Shown: one piece after another, positions 1 to 10,398 of the stretch
Layout: each line of letters opens with the position of its first letter
Position numbering within the stretch: the stretch's first letter is position 1
NCBI GenBank assembly: GCA_050949725.1
Contig: JBMNGH010000007.1
Span: 4,622-68,621 of the forward strand
Direction: 5' to 3'
Source: Tepidanaerobacteraceae bacterium
GTDB lineage: Bacteria > Bacillota > Thermosediminibacteria > Thermosediminibacterales > Tepidanaerobacteraceae
DNA length: 64,000 nucleotides
The notes under the pieces: generated by a model
What the model was told of the DNA's origin: nothing
Seen by the model: only the letters and a program-made list of their open reading frames with translations
Database searches by the model: none
Made by a program: the position numbers and the translations under genes

Positions 1-788
1 TTAATCTCCTCACTATGTCCAATGATATCATCAAATGTAAATTTTGCCTCAAGATGCCTAATTCTCCGCCTCACTACTTCAAGTTCATCACTCAACCTCT
101 TCAGTTCCGACACATCGTGTACAACTGCAACACTGCCCTTCAATTTATCATCGACTATTATGGGTGCTGCATCAACAATGACTTCTTTTTTATTGGGGCC
201 TGCTCGCATTGGAATGCCTTTTATGGGCTTTCCGGTTTTCAATACCCGATAATGAACACTCTCTCCCTCTGCAATATCTACTGTAGCCGGTTTTCCGATT
301 ATGTCATCTCTTGTAAACCCAATAAGCTTAGTATACGCTTTATTTATTAGTATTCCCTTGCCCTCTGCATCAACAACAGATATTGCATCTTGTGTAGAAT
401 TTATTATTGACTCCAACATAAATCGAATTTCATTTAAATTTGTAACCTCTTCAGCAAGTTTTTCTACATCAGTTATATCTCTAAACAAGGCCACGGCTCC
501 GCTTATTCTGTTTGCCTCATCATAAACAGGCATTCTGTTAGTGACAATCGTATTTTCTCGGATTCGTTGTATCTGGTTCAGTTCTGGTTGACCGGTTTTT
601 AATATTATATGCAATCTGGTGTTCGGCACTGTTTCTGATACTTTTTTTCCAAGGGCTTCGTCCCTATGCAGTTTGAGAAGCTTTTCTGCTGCTGGATTTA
701 TGATTGTCAGACATTCATTTTTGTCAACTGCAATCAACCCGTCATGAATGGAATCAATAATCGATAACAATTCCTTTATCGTCAGCAT
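1..788 (-). CDS. sigma-54-dependent transcriptional activator, N-terminal sensory part (partial, continues past the window start)
   Basis: This ORF is missing from the ORF track because no stop codon lies inside the window. My own translation of the minus strand starts at the ATG at 788-786, preceded by an AGGAAG Shine-Dalgarno (complement of 795-800), and stays open to base 1. It reads MLTIKELLSIIDSIHDGLIAVDKNECLTIINPAAEKLL..., then a second PAS-like module (ESIINSTQDAISVVDAEGKGILINKAYTKLIGFTRDDIIGKP). It ends ...AKFTFDDIIGHSEEI, the usual entry into the sigma-54 AAA+ module. Confidence 0.75.
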   Translation of the reverse strand, partial: MLTIKELLSIIDSIHDGLIAVDKNECLTIINPAAEKLLKLHRDEALGKKVSETVPNTRLHIILKTGQPELNQIQRIRENTIVTNRMPVYDEANRISGAVALFRDITDVEKLAEEVTNLNEIRFMLESIINSTQDAISVVDAEGKGILINKAYTKLIGFTRDDIIGKPATVDIAEGESVHYRVLKTGKPIKGIPMRAGPNKKEVIVDAAPIIVDDKLKGSVAVVHDVSELKRLSDELEVVRRRIRHLEAKFTFDDIIGHSEEI

Positions 789-1010
789 AATGCTCTTCCT
801 CACTGTGTTTATTCTTAGTTTTAATTCTACATTTATTGTTCTTTTCCTTCAGGAATACATTGTATTATTCCCGTGCAAGTAACATAATATATAGAAAATC
901 ACAGCTGACTAGCTTTAAATATAGAGTTTTTGTATAAAAGCCTGAATATTTTTGTGCTTCCAACAAGGGTTTAGTTCAACAATTTACTTCATGAAGAATA
1001 TACTATAAAC

Positions 1011-1592
1011 ATGACGATAAAAACACTATTGCGCTCTAAAATAAAAGGGGTGACGATTGTGGGAGTAGCTATAGCTGTTTCCGCACAAGGTTACGGCAGT
1101 GAAGGTGCTTTTGACTATCGTGCGGAAATGACAGGTCATATTGTAATAAAGACACATGATGGGGTTCAATTTTTGAACCAGCTTTCAGATATCTCTGGCA
1201 ACTTGGGCGACATACAGACAATAAAAATATTTAGCCATTCCTACCCTCGCGGTATCATAATGACTAATTGGAGTGGATTTTATGATGAACCTGGTCCTAG
1301 TGATACTGAAAGGGCAGCATACGTCAAAGATTTAGCAGATCTAATCAAATCTAGAAGCATTATTTTTTCATATAACTCGCAAATACTGATGTTCGGCTGT
1401 AATCTTTCGGGAAAATTTTCAGAAATGCTCTCAGGCGCCACTTCAGGAACCGTGATTGCTTCTGCAGGTGGTACATACCCTGAAATAGTTGGAAATAGAG
1501 AAACAGGGGTTTTTATATCAACATCGGACTGGAAGGTCTACAGAAATGGTATCTTTGCTTATAACGCCGGTAAAAGGCTCCGGGCATGGTAA
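1011..1592 (+). CDS. hypothetical protein with N-terminal hydrophobic (signal or anchor-like) segment
   Basis: 193-aa ORF with the N-terminus MTIKTLLRSKIKGVTIVGVAIAVSAQG. I recognise no family motif. It stands alone between a divergent regulator and a convergent gene. Confidence 0.5.
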   Translation: MTIKTLLRSKIKGVTIVGVAIAVSAQGYGSEGAFDYRAEMTGHIVIKTHDGVQFLNQLSDISGNLGDIQTIKIFSHSYPRGIIMTNWSGFYDEPGPSDTERAAYVKDLADLIKSRSIIFSYNSQILMFGCNLSGKFSEMLSGATSGTVIASAGGTYPEIVGNRETGVFISTSDWKVYRNGIFAYNAGKRLRAW

Positions 1593-1618
1593 TCTATTTG
1601 TCTGATTTCAGGCCTTTT

Positions 1619-2260
1619 TTATTGCTTGAAAGTTACCTTGACAGCAATTAGCAATCCATCCTTCAGCTTTATCGATGCATTATCTTTCACAAACAAATTG
1701 CTCACTCCTCTGGCAGGGCCAATTTTTAGGGTTTCTCCCTTTAAAGGATAATAAAGGCCCTCTGTCTCAATACCAGTTACCTGAGGTGTAATGGGAATCA
1801 ATGATAAAATATCACCTTTGGAACCTGTAATATCAGCATCTTTTTCTAACAGAAACATTTCCCAGTCCTCTCCTGCAATCCTTACATCCATGCCAAACCT
1901 CTTAAAATGAACCATCAGTAGAATATTTGCTAGACTATGATCCGGCCTTTCTCCTAAGGCCGCAAGTACCATGACTTTTGTCGCCCCTTTTTGCCGAGCA
2001 GTTTCCAGTGCCAGCTGAGTATCAGTATAGTCTTTTTCTATTGGATATGTCAGTATTTTTATTCCCTTGCTATTAATTAAATCAAGATCCTGCTTTGAAA
2101 CTGAGTCCATATCACCTACGATAAGATCTGGTACTATACCCAATGAAAAAGCGTGTCTCACTCCGCTGTCAGCGCAAATAACGAGCTTAGCACCTTCCAT
2201 ATGCTTTTTTATAGCACTATAATTCCTAATTTCTCCACCCGAAAAAACAACTGCTTTCAT
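1619..2260 (-). CDS. thiN: thiamine diphosphokinase
   Basis: 213 aa. It shows the TPK landmarks MKAVVFSGGEI, CADSG and VGDMDS, and a C-terminal thiamin-binding part (GLYYPLKGETL...GVSN). Confidence 0.85.
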   Translation of the reverse strand: MKAVVFSGGEIRNYSAIKKHMEGAKLVICADSGVRHAFSLGIVPDLIVGDMDSVSKQDLDLINSKGIKILTYPIEKDYTDTQLALETARQKGATKVMVLAALGERPDHSLANILLMVHFKRFGMDVRIAGEDWEMFLLEKDADITGSKGDILSLIPITPQVTGIETEGLYYPLKGETLKIGPARGVSNLFVKDNASIKLKDGLLIAVKVTFKQ

Positions 2261-2448
2261 GCCAAACCTACCTTTTCTACGTATCTCAGCTTATTGGGTA
2301 TTTAAAATGCCCTTTGCATCATTATATCACTATTTTAATAAAACAGTTTACTTAACGAATGAAAACTCACCAATTATGGTATAATTCATATCAAGGTTAT
2401 TTATTAATTTACATATTATTATCTAAAAATAGCCACGGAGGTGTTTTT

Positions 2449-3816
2449 TTGAAAACCCTAAACCCAAATATATTTAGGCAGTATGATATAAGAGGTATTG
2501 TAGGTGAAGACCTAGACGAAAAAGTTTCAGAAACACTCGGCCGTGCATTCGGCTCATTCGTGCTAGACAATGGAGAAAAACAGGTTTTGGTTGGATGTGA
2601 TAATCGCTTATCATCACCCAATTTGAAAGTCGCCCTGATACAAGGATTGGTTTCTACGGGATGCGATGTCTTAGATATAGGAACTACCATAACACCAGTT
2701 TTTTATTACGCCCGCATAAGGTATAATATCAACCCAGGTATCATGGTAACAGCCAGCCATAATCCGGGTCATTTTAATGGTTTTAAAATAGGGTTCGGTC
2801 CCGGAACAATATATGGGAAAGAAATACAAAACCTAAAAAAAATGATGGAAAGCGAAAATTTCGTCGTGGGTAGAGGCAAAGTATCCCAAGCAGATCCGGC
2901 TGAAGATTACATAAACATGATATGTTCCAAAATACACCTGCCAAGGAGATTAAAAGTAGGTATAGATTGCGGCAATGGAACTGCTTCCCTTTATGCTGAA
3001 AAACTATTTAATCGCCTCGGAGTAGATGTATTCCCACTATATTGCAATTCTGATCCGAATTTTCCAAACCACTTTCCTGATCCTGTAAAACCTGATAATC
3101 TAAAGGTTCTTAGGAAACTTGTCCTGAGGGAAGCTCTTGATGTGGGAGTTGGATTTGATGGGGATGGGGATAGAATCGGCGTTGTGGATGACAGTGGGAA
3201 TATTTTATTCGGCGACATGCTCATGATACTGTTTTGGAGAGAAATACTACCAAAATATCCTGGAACGACCGCGATTGTGGAGGTGAAGTGTTCAGACGCA
3301 TTAGTTGAAGAAATAAAAAAATTGGGAGGAAATCCCGTTTTTTATAAGACAGGTCATTCTTTGATAAAGGCAAAAATGCGCGAAACAGGTGCAGTTTTCA
3401 CAGGAGAAATGTCAGGACACATGTTTTTCGCAGATGAATACTATGGTTTTGACGATGCTCTTTATGCCGGAGCACGGCTTTTAAGGATACTGGTGAATTC
3501 CGAACAAAAGCTTTCCCAACTACTTTCAGATGTGCCAAAGTATCACTCAACACCTGAAATACGAGTGCCCTGTCCTGATGAAGAAAAATCATCAATGGTA
3601 AGCTCTGTAAAAAAATATTTTAAGAAAAAATTTCCTATGATTGAGGTTGACGGTGCAAGGGTAATTTTCCCCGATGGCTGGGGGCTTGTAAGAAGTTCAA
3701 ATACCGGGCCTGAACTCATAGTAAGAGGCGAATCTAAAACAAAACAAGGGCTATGTAAGATAATCGAGGAACTTAAGAATGCGTTACGACCCTTATACTT
3801 CGATATTAATATCTAA
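2449..3816 (+). CDS. phosphomannomutase/phosphoglucomutase (alpha-D-phosphohexomutase family)
   Basis: The ORF contains the active-site TASHNPG motif, the metal loop GFDGDGDR, a GEMSGH sugar-binding loop and an N-terminus FRQYDIRG. The track ORF starts at 2359. The in-frame TTG at 2449, preceded by GGAGGTG (2437-2443), is the more likely start. Confidence 0.85.
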   Translation: MKTLNPNIFRQYDIRGIVGEDLDEKVSETLGRAFGSFVLDNGEKQVLVGCDNRLSSPNLKVALIQGLVSTGCDVLDIGTTITPVFYYARIRYNINPGIMVTASHNPGHFNGFKIGFGPGTIYGKEIQNLKKMMESENFVVGRGKVSQADPAEDYINMICSKIHLPRRLKVGIDCGNGTASLYAEKLFNRLGVDVFPLYCNSDPNFPNHFPDPVKPDNLKVLRKLVLREALDVGVGFDGDGDRIGVVDDSGNILFGDMLMILFWREILPKYPGTTAIVEVKCSDALVEEIKKLGGNPVFYKTGHSLIKAKMRETGAVFTGEMSGHMFFADEYYGFDDALYAGARLLRILVNSEQKLSQLLSDVPKYHSTPEIRVPCPDEEKSSMVSSVKKYFKKKFPMIEVDGARVIFPDGWGLVRSSNTGPELIVRGESKTKQGLCKIIEELKNALRPLYFDINI

Positions 3817-4225
3817 ACATTAAATAACTCAGGGTAAGGGGATCGGGCACCGGTAGCCTGATAAAGCCTCTTGCATTCATCAGTGCTAACAGGGACTTGA
3901 AATTTGCTTTTTTGTGATGAAAATGCTTAGGCAATAAAAATGAATTAACAGAGCACAATTTCCCCTTTCCGAGCATGGCGTAACTGCATCTATCACAAGT
4001 CAACACAGATTTCTTCTTATTCATGATCATATAAAAATCAAGCTCCCTTTTGCCCATAAAGCTTCCCGGGCATACCATACTCAGTTTCAAACTAAAAAAT
4101 GTAATCCTATCTTTCCTCTCCTTCACAAAACAGTTATTAGCCATACTCATAATCTTTTCTGTCAAAGGACCTTTGGTAAAATCCAGTATGTTACCGTCAT
4201 ATCTGTAATAAAACAAACTGCCCAC
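3806..4225 (-). CDS. hypothetical protein (doubtful gene, possible remnant)
   Basis: 139-aa ORF with no recognisable family. Its GTG start sits inside the 3' arm of the glyQS terminator hairpin, and the AGGAG is only about 1 nt upstream. Internal Met codons lack ribosome-binding sites. Confidence 0.3.
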   Translation of the reverse strand: MGSLFYYRYDGNILDFTKGPLTEKIMSMANNCFVKERKDRITFFSLKLSMVCPGSFMGKRELDFYMIMNKKKSVLTCDRCSYAMLGKGKLCSVNSFLLPKHFHHKKANFKSLLALMNARGFIRLPVPDPLTLSYLMFRY

Positions 4226-4254
4226 TCTCCTTATTTATTTATAGTGGGCAGTTT
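4215..4254 (-). terminator. intrinsic terminator downstream of glyQS (bidirectional shape)
   Basis: An 11-bp stem, AAACTGCCCAC (4215-4225) with GTGGGCAGTTT (4244-4254), is flanked by AAAACAAA on one side and TTTTTTT on the other. A U-tract therefore follows the stem on either strand. Confidence 0.7.
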
Positions 4255-4288
4255 TTTTATAAAGTATTCGTACAGGAAGAGGCGGCAA

Positions 4289-5671
4289 TCAAAACTGTAG
4301 CTTTTCTTCCAGGCAATCCTTCAATCTGTCTATTGATATTCTATCCTGTTGCATGGTATCACGATCCCTTACAGTTACTTTGCCATCATCGAGACTTTCA
4401 AAATCTACCGTAACAGCGTAAGGTGTACCTATTTCATCCTGGCGGCGGTACCTTTTGCCTATACTTCCTGTATTGTCATACTCAACGTGATAGTGTTTTT
4501 TTAAATCATGATAAATTTTACGAGCAAGATTTTCTAGAGGTTCTTTTCTAGACAATGGAAGCACAGCACATTTTATAGGTGCGACTTCAGGATGGAACTT
4601 TAGCACTACGCGGAGTTCGCCGCTCACCTGTTCTTCATGGTATGCATCACATAATAGTGTAAGCATCGCCCTGTCTACGCCAAGTGAAGGCTCTATCACA
4701 TACGGCTTTATCTGTTTGTTTTCGGTTTGGTCAAAATACGTCAGTGACTTACCCGAATAAGCTATATGCCTTGACAAGTCAAAATCAGTCCTGTTTGCAA
4801 TCCCCCATAATTCACCCCAACCAAAGGGAAACTTGTACTCAAGATCTGTTGTTGCCTTAGAATAATGGGAAAGTTCTTCTGAGGAGTGATCCCTAAACCT
4901 TAAATTTTGTTTTTTCACACTTATAGATGTAAAAAAATCAATTGTGAACTGACGCCAAAAATCGAACCAATCTTCATCCTCACCCGGTTTCACAAAAAAT
5001 TCAAGCTCCATTTGTTCAAATTCTCTTGTCCGGAATATGAAATTACCCGGAGTAATTTCATTCCTGAAGGCCTTGCCTATCTGGGCTATTCCAAACGGGA
5101 GTTTTACACGGCTGGTATCAGATATATTTTTAAAATTCACAAAAATGCCCTGGGCTGTTTCTGGCCGGAGATAAATAACTGAACTGGAATCCTCCGTAAC
5201 CCCCTGGTGAGTTTTGTACATGAGATTAAATACCCTCGCATCAGTCCACGCCACATCACCACAAGTCGGACACTTTAACTTGTTTTCATGTATTATTTTA
5301 GAAAGCTCCTGAACACTTTTACCCTCCACATGCATGTCCAATGCATCTTCTATGAGGTGGTCTGCCCTAAAACGAGATTTGCACTGTTTACAGTCTACCA
5401 AAGCATCGTTAAATCCAGTCACATGGCCTGATGCTTCCCATACCTTGGGATGCATCAATATTGCACTGTCAAGGCCCACTACATCATCTCTCTCATGGAC
5501 AACTTTTTTCCACCATATGCTTTTTACATTCTGCTTAAGCTCTACACCCAAAGGCCCGTAATCCCATGTATTAGCAAGACCTCCATATATCTCTGAACCC
5601 TGAAACACAAAACCTCTTCTTTTACATAAAGATATTACTTTATTCATTGTTTTATCTTCATTACTTGCCAT
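4289..5671 (-). CDS. glyQS: glycine--tRNA ligase (class II, single-chain GlyQS type)
   Basis: The sequence reads as GlyRS over its full length (KRRGFVFQGSEIYGGLANTWDYGPLG, FRNEITPGNFIFRTREFEQMELEFF, GVDR). The likely start is the ATG at 5671, 9 nt after AAAAGGGG. A Gly-specific T-box leader lies directly upstream. Confidence 0.95.
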   Translation of the reverse strand: MASNEDKTMNKVISLCKRRGFVFQGSEIYGGLANTWDYGPLGVELKQNVKSIWWKKVVHERDDVVGLDSAILMHPKVWEASGHVTGFNDALVDCKQCKSRFRADHLIEDALDMHVEGKSVQELSKIIHENKLKCPTCGDVAWTDARVFNLMYKTHQGVTEDSSSVIYLRPETAQGIFVNFKNISDTSRVKLPFGIAQIGKAFRNEITPGNFIFRTREFEQMELEFFVKPGEDEDWFDFWRQFTIDFFTSISVKKQNLRFRDHSSEELSHYSKATTDLEYKFPFGWGELWGIANRTDFDLSRHIAYSGKSLTYFDQTENKQIKPYVIEPSLGVDRAMLTLLCDAYHEEQVSGELRVVLKFHPEVAPIKCAVLPLSRKEPLENLARKIYHDLKKHYHVEYDNTGSIGKRYRRQDEIGTPYAVTVDFESLDDGKVTVRDRDTMQQDRISIDRLKDCLEEKLQF

Positions 5672-5703
5672 AAACAATACCCCTTTTCAATGTGAATTAT
5701 ATT

Positions 5704-5910
5704 AAAAAAACCCTAAACCACTTTAAAATGGTCTAGGGGTCCAATGATTCAAGGACGGTTCCACCCTAGTTGTAGGTCAACCTACCGCTTTTCCGGAAAA
5801 CCATATTCATTTTTATTCTTCCGCTGCCGCATCTATATCTATGCTACAGGGCTCACACCGTCCCCTGCTCGCTTTGATGCAGTGAGATAAGACTTTACGG
5901 GAGGTTATGT
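5704..5910 (-). promoter_or_regulatory. T-box leader RNA, glycine (GGC) specifier, with terminator
   Basis: The minus strand carries the T-box core AACTAGGGTGGAACCG (complement of 5756-5771). A 9-bp terminator stem CCCUAGACC/GGUUUAGGG (5711-5739) is followed by U7. GGC followed by A (complement of 5825-5828) sits in an internal loop on the 3' side of a stem I-like helix (GCAUC/GAUGC). Confidence 0.85.
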
Positions 5911-6121
5911 TTTTCTCTACCATAAAATATATACTATGGGTTTAATCAAGTCAAGCCATTTATCTGTTCATTAAGATTAGTTTTCTATTTTTTGTGAGAT
6001 TATTACAAAAAATCAATGCTTCAAAAAAAAGTCGTATATTATAAGTATTATAAGGTGATCTCTTAATATAAGCATACTCATACGGCAAAACAATTATTCG
6101 GGCAAGCTTAGCTTTTGAGGC

Positions 6122-6745
6122 TTAAACAGTATTTAAAGTATTAAAATGAGATTGAGGCATAAATTCCTTATGACCGACATTTATAAGGTGATAGTAAAGA
6201 AATGCAACCTCTTCAATATATATGAGCTTTAGCAGGGCTTTTTCGAGCGTCTCTCCTGCCGCTAGAACACCATGGTATTTTAATAAACATACACTTGAAT
6301 CCTTTAATACTGCCTGTATGTTATCGACAAGCTTACTGCTTCCTGGTGCACCATAATCAGCTACCTTAACCGGTACTCCCTCGTAATGCACGGCTTCAAT
6401 AGAGACGGGCAGGATTTCCTTCCCCATACATGCAAAAATAGAGGCATATCTTGAATGAGAATGAGCTACCCCACCGGCCTCTTTTCTAAATTTATAGACA
6501 CCTGCGTGTATCGATGTCTCAATAGAAGGTCGATAAGGAGCTTCAATAGCATTGCCCTCTAAATCCACAATAGCTATTTTATCTTCAGTCAGTTCATCTC
6601 TTGAAATACCGGATGGTGTGATATATATAAGCCCGCTTTTTCTGTCAATAATGCTGAAATTCCCCGATTTGTATCTACAAAGCCCTATATCATCGGCCTT
6701 TTTAGCTATTCTCACTACTTCTTGTTTCATTTCCGAACAATTCAT
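6122..6745 (-). CDS. class II aldolase/adducin-family protein (fuculose-phosphate aldolase or ribulose-5-P epimerase-like)
   Basis: The ORF has the family pattern SGNFSI, ITPSG and the metal-ligand histidines in GGVAHSHS and KYHGVL. The likely start is the ATG at 6745, 6 nt after GAGGTG. The track ORF begins at a TTG at 6763. Confidence 0.8.
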   Translation of the reverse strand: MNCSEMKQEVVRIAKKADDIGLCRYKSGNFSIIDRKSGLIYITPSGISRDELTEDKIAIVDLEGNAIEAPYRPSIETSIHAGVYKFRKEAGGVAHSHSRYASIFACMGKEILPVSIEAVHYEGVPVKVADYGAPGSSKLVDNIQAVLKDSSVCLLKYHGVLAAGETLEKALLKLIYIEEVAFLYYHLINVGHKEFMPQSHFNTLNTV

Positions 6746-7032
6746 ATCAATCACCTCAATCAACGCAAACCGGCCGGTTTATTCAATTATAAAACTGTTC
6801 GGTAAAATTTACAAGCTAACTGAACGGAAATACTTCACTATTTACCTCTCTGTTTCTAGAATCTTATCTCATTTTTTAGTCTACCAAAAAGAAGTCCTCA
6901 CAAGCTGAGTTTTGGGCTAGCAAACGCTCTTTAAATCATCGATAAGAGTCATCATTAGAGGGTTATACCCTACCCTTATAGAATAACGACATCTACTTTG
7001 TTCCAGATTAATATATGATATCAGGTTTATTA

Positions 7033-7356
7033 TTATTTTAATGCTTTCAATCGTTTATTTATCTTTGTATAGTAGATGATGTCGATAATATCATTAACCA
7101 CACCTGCACCTCTTGCAAAAAGCAACCCTGTTAGCAGTGGGCCTAATATGGGCACTTGAAATGGTATACCTGCCAAAATAAAAATGTCCAAGTTTATCCC
7201 CAAGGTAATGATAACTGAAAGAATAGCAGTTACAATATGCTTTTTTTCTTCTTCCGACCACTGTTGCATGGGCTTTAAAGCAATATTTAAAATGAGAACA
7301 ACAGTCTTTGTAAGAGATTCTATCACAAGTGACAAAACCGTTAATATCTTAACCAT
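7033..7356 (-). CDS. small integral membrane protein, function unknown
   Basis: About 107 aa with three hydrophobic spans. The ATG at 7356 is preceded by a G/A-rich AAAGGTGG. I recognise no family. Confidence 0.5.
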   Translation of the reverse strand: MVKILTVLSLVIESLTKTVVLILNIALKPMQQWSEEEKKHIVTAILSVIITLGINLDIFILAGIPFQVPILGPLLTGLLFARGAGVVNDIIDIIYYTKINKRLKALK

Positions 7357-7442
7357 GTCCACCTTTTTTCCCCCCAATCTTATTACATCCTAATACATTA
7401 ATATGCAAAAAGTGATTGTAAGGGAATCAGTATGCACAATTA

Positions 7443-9263
7443 TTAATCGTGAAAAAAATCATAAACCGCCTGGGCAGATTTTGAAGTCATACCCTTAACA
7501 TTGGAGAGTTCCTGTAATGATGCCTTTTTAATACCGTCTAAACTGCCAAAAGCCTTTATGAGAGCTTTCTTACGCACCCTACCTATACCTGGGATATCAT
7601 CCAGGATAGACCGCAAATTTCTTTTGCTACGCAGTGACCTGTGAAATGACACGGCAAATCTATGTGCTTCATCCCTTATCCGCTGTAGCAGATGCAGGGC
7701 TTCGGAACAATCCGGCAAGATAATCGGTTCAGTTTTCCCTTCAATATATATATGGTCAAATCGCTCGGCTATCCCAATAATCGGTATACTAGTAAGATCA
7801 AGTTCTTTCATTGCTTCAGCAGCGTAACGAATCTGACCCTTACCTCCATCTATGAGCAAAAGATCAGGGAAATTATTGAATTTTTCGTCTCCCTTTATTC
7901 CTCGCTTAAACCTTCTAAAAACAGCCTCTTTTATGCTTTCAAAATCATTCGGCCCGTTTACGTTATATATTTTAAACTTTCTATAATCTTCCTTTTTTGG
8001 TAAACCGCCTTCAAATACCACCATTGAAGCGACAGATTCGGTTCCCTGAAAATTGGAGACATCAAATCCTTCTATTCTATATGGAACATTTATTAGATTC
8101 AAATACAACCTTAATTCATCAATTGCTTTGTCGTTTTTTTTCTCCAACCTGACTTCCGTGTTTTCGTACGTATCAAGATAAAGTCTTGCGTTTTCTGCAA
8201 CCATATTGGCAAGTTTTCTTTTTTCGCCACGACGCGGTATTAATAAATACACTTTTGACCCCTTTTTTCTAGATAGCCACTCTTGTATAGTTTCTACATC
8301 ATCTATCTCTTCATCTAAAATAATCTGTTTGGGTATAAAAATGGAATCATCATAAAACTGTTTAATAAAGGATGTCAGCACTTCTTTACGTTCAATTCCT
8401 TTAGTGTCTTTAATTATAAAGGGCTCTCGCTGTGTGAGCTTACCTTCACGGACAAAAAATATTTGCACACACGAGGCATCTAAACCCCTGGCCATTGCAA
8501 TTATATCTTGATCTATCATATTTGACGATACTATTTTTTGCTTTTGTAATACATCCTCAAGTGCCAGGATCTGGTTCCTGAGCACTGCCGCCGATTCAAA
8601 GTCTAAGTTTTCAGACGCCATCTCCATCTTATCTCTTAGTTTTTTCAAAAGAAAACCCGGCTTGCCTTCAAGAAACGTAATTATATTATTGATGATTTCA
8701 CGGTAATAGGTTTCTTCAACCTTCCCCTGGCATGGAGCAAGACATCTGCTTATATGATAATTAAGACATGGCCTTTCTTTTAAAGGCAGACTCCTCAAAT
8801 CCTTTTTACAGCTTCTAACCGGAAAAACCTTTCTGATAATATCAAGAGCTTCTCGCATTGACCCGACATTGGCATAAGGCCCGAAATATTTTGCACCATC
8901 CCTCTTTACCCTTCTGACAACCTTCAGCCTCGGGAACGGTTCATTTAAAGTCACTTTAATATAAGGATATTGTTTATCATCTCGGAGAAGTACATTATAC
9001 TTTGGCCTGTGAAATTTAATCAAATTACATTCCAGGATAAGTGCTTCTACTTCTGTATCGGTAGCCATATACTCTATATTCTCAATCTTCGATACCATAT
9101 GAGCAACTTTAGCCGGCAGATTTTTGGTTGATTGAAAATATGACTTGACTCTTTGTCTTAACGATCTAGCTTTGCCGACATATATTACTTTGTCATTATT
9201 ATCTTTCATGATGTATACCCCGGGTTTTTTCGGAAAAACCGCTACTTTTTCAGGATCAAACAT
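7443..9263 (-). CDS. uvrC: excinuclease ABC subunit C
   Basis: It contains a GIY-YIG N-terminus (PGVYIMKD...VIYVGKA), the UvrB-binding region, an endonuclease V-like domain and a C-terminal (HhH)2 (IPGIGRVRKKALIKAFGS). The start is the ATG at 9263, after GGGAGG. Confidence 0.95.
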   Translation of the reverse strand: MFDPEKVAVFPKKPGVYIMKDNNDKVIYVGKARSLRQRVKSYFQSTKNLPAKVAHMVSKIENIEYMATDTEVEALILECNLIKFHRPKYNVLLRDDKQYPYIKVTLNEPFPRLKVVRRVKRDGAKYFGPYANVGSMREALDIIRKVFPVRSCKKDLRSLPLKERPCLNYHISRCLAPCQGKVEETYYREIINNIITFLEGKPGFLLKKLRDKMEMASENLDFESAAVLRNQILALEDVLQKQKIVSSNMIDQDIIAMARGLDASCVQIFFVREGKLTQREPFIIKDTKGIERKEVLTSFIKQFYDDSIFIPKQIILDEEIDDVETIQEWLSRKKGSKVYLLIPRRGEKRKLANMVAENARLYLDTYENTEVRLEKKNDKAIDELRLYLNLINVPYRIEGFDVSNFQGTESVASMVVFEGGLPKKEDYRKFKIYNVNGPNDFESIKEAVFRRFKRGIKGDEKFNNFPDLLLIDGGKGQIRYAAEAMKELDLTSIPIIGIAERFDHIYIEGKTEPIILPDCSEALHLLQRIRDEAHRFAVSFHRSLRSKRNLRSILDDIPGIGRVRKKALIKAFGSLDGIKKASLQELSNVKGMTSKSAQAVYDFFHD

Positions 9264-9338
9264 AAAGAAACCTCCCAAAATTATTATATCACATTAGGGA
9301 GACCTTCTAGGACCGCAAGTCTATCGTTTTAGCACTTG

Positions 9339-9923
9339 TTAGCACATATCATTGCCCGGGAAATCGAGTTTTAAAAACCTGGATATGAAACTGACAATCT
9401 TTTTAGTCTCATTGAAATTCAAAACAGGGACTTTCCTTTTTTTAACCTTTAAACAATACGTATCACCTTCGTTTAAAATTTCAGTTTCAGGATAAACAGT
9501 TTTGATATCGTATATTGTATCAATACTTTCTACTGCAATTGCAACAACATCCTCATCTTCTATCATTTTCAAGGTCTGGATATTGCCCTTTCGGTAAACT
9601 ATAATCTTGGGAATCCTTGCGCCCTTATAGCCTTCAACAAATACAATATCTGATGATGAACACATCTCGTTTATGAGCTCATTAAGGTGTCGTTCCCGAG
9701 CCTGTCTTGAAATTTTTAAGATAACATCAGGCGCACTCACGATTATTTTATCTGCACCAGAAGTATAAAACTTATCTGAATCTCTACTTCCCATATCTAT
9801 ATGTTGAGCATGTTTGATGACGCCAATTGTATATCCCATCGCTTTCAGCTCAGGTATTATTTTAGAAAGAAGCGTTGTCTTACCGCTCCCTGAATAACCT
9901 GAAATACCTAGGATATTACCCAT
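9339..9923 (-). CDS. mobB: MobB-like P-loop protein (molybdopterin-guanine dinucleotide biosynthesis protein B family)
   Basis: The motif GISGYSGSGKTTLLSKIIPELKAMGYTIGVIKH is the MobB signature. The likely start is Met19 of the track ORF (9923), which has a GGAAGGA upstream. No other molybdenum cofactor genes are adjacent. Confidence 0.7.
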   Translation of the reverse strand: MGNILGISGYSGSGKTTLLSKIIPELKAMGYTIGVIKHAQHIDMGSRDSDKFYTSGADKIIVSAPDVILKISRQARERHLNELINEMCSSSDIVFVEGYKGARIPKIIVYRKGNIQTLKMIEDEDVVAIAVESIDTIYDIKTVYPETEILNEGDTYCLKVKKRKVPVLNFNETKKIVSFISRFLKLDFPGNDMC

Positions 9924-10110
9924 AGAACACAATCCTTCCATAATCAATTTCAAATTGATCTTGACTTCTATAAGCAATAAAAATAATCCTGCAAAGATTG
10001 CAATTATTTCCTTTGAAATCTGATTAACTTATTTTTCATTTTATTTTTTTATTAGATATCAAAATGTTCCCCATAGATTAAGTATATCTAGTATATGTTA
10101 AATTAATACT

Positions 10111-10139
10111 TTACGAAATAAAGCTATGTCGCTATAATA
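10111..10139 (+). promoter_or_regulatory. sigma-A type promoter (TTTACG-17-TATAAT) giving a roughly 250-nt leader for the ECF S-component gene
   Basis: TTTACG lies at 10111-10116 and TATAAT at 10134-10139, with an exact 17-nt spacer. The next start codon is at 10399. Confidence 0.5.
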
Positions 10140-10398
10140 ATTTATAGTGACGGAAACGAATTTTGTGCGAATTTCATCCGTTACTAGTAGATATGAACCA
10201 CTCGATGAGATCATTATATTTTATAAACAAATAATAAATCTGTTGAATAGATAGTCTAACGCATAGCTAAAGATAATAAAAGGTTTAGGCGCAAAAACTT
10301 AAAAGTAATATTTTGTTAATTTAGCTATGAAATTAGGAAACGTTAAACTAAGAAATGTAACTTGAATTTATATTTTCCTATGTTAAGGAGGAAATCCT

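Noticed and set aside
10140-10398. A known riboswitch class (TPP, FMN, preQ1, THF, SAM, cobalamin) in the leader of the ECF S-component.
   Set aside because: I found no CUGAGA/ACCUGAUCUGGAUAAUGCCAGCG-type TPP core and no other signature strings. An A-rich stretch GCGCAAAAACTTAAAAG after a CTAAA/TTTAG hairpin only loosely recalls a preQ1-I tail, and the loop lacks the conserved nucleotides. I keep it only as an unclassified structured leader.
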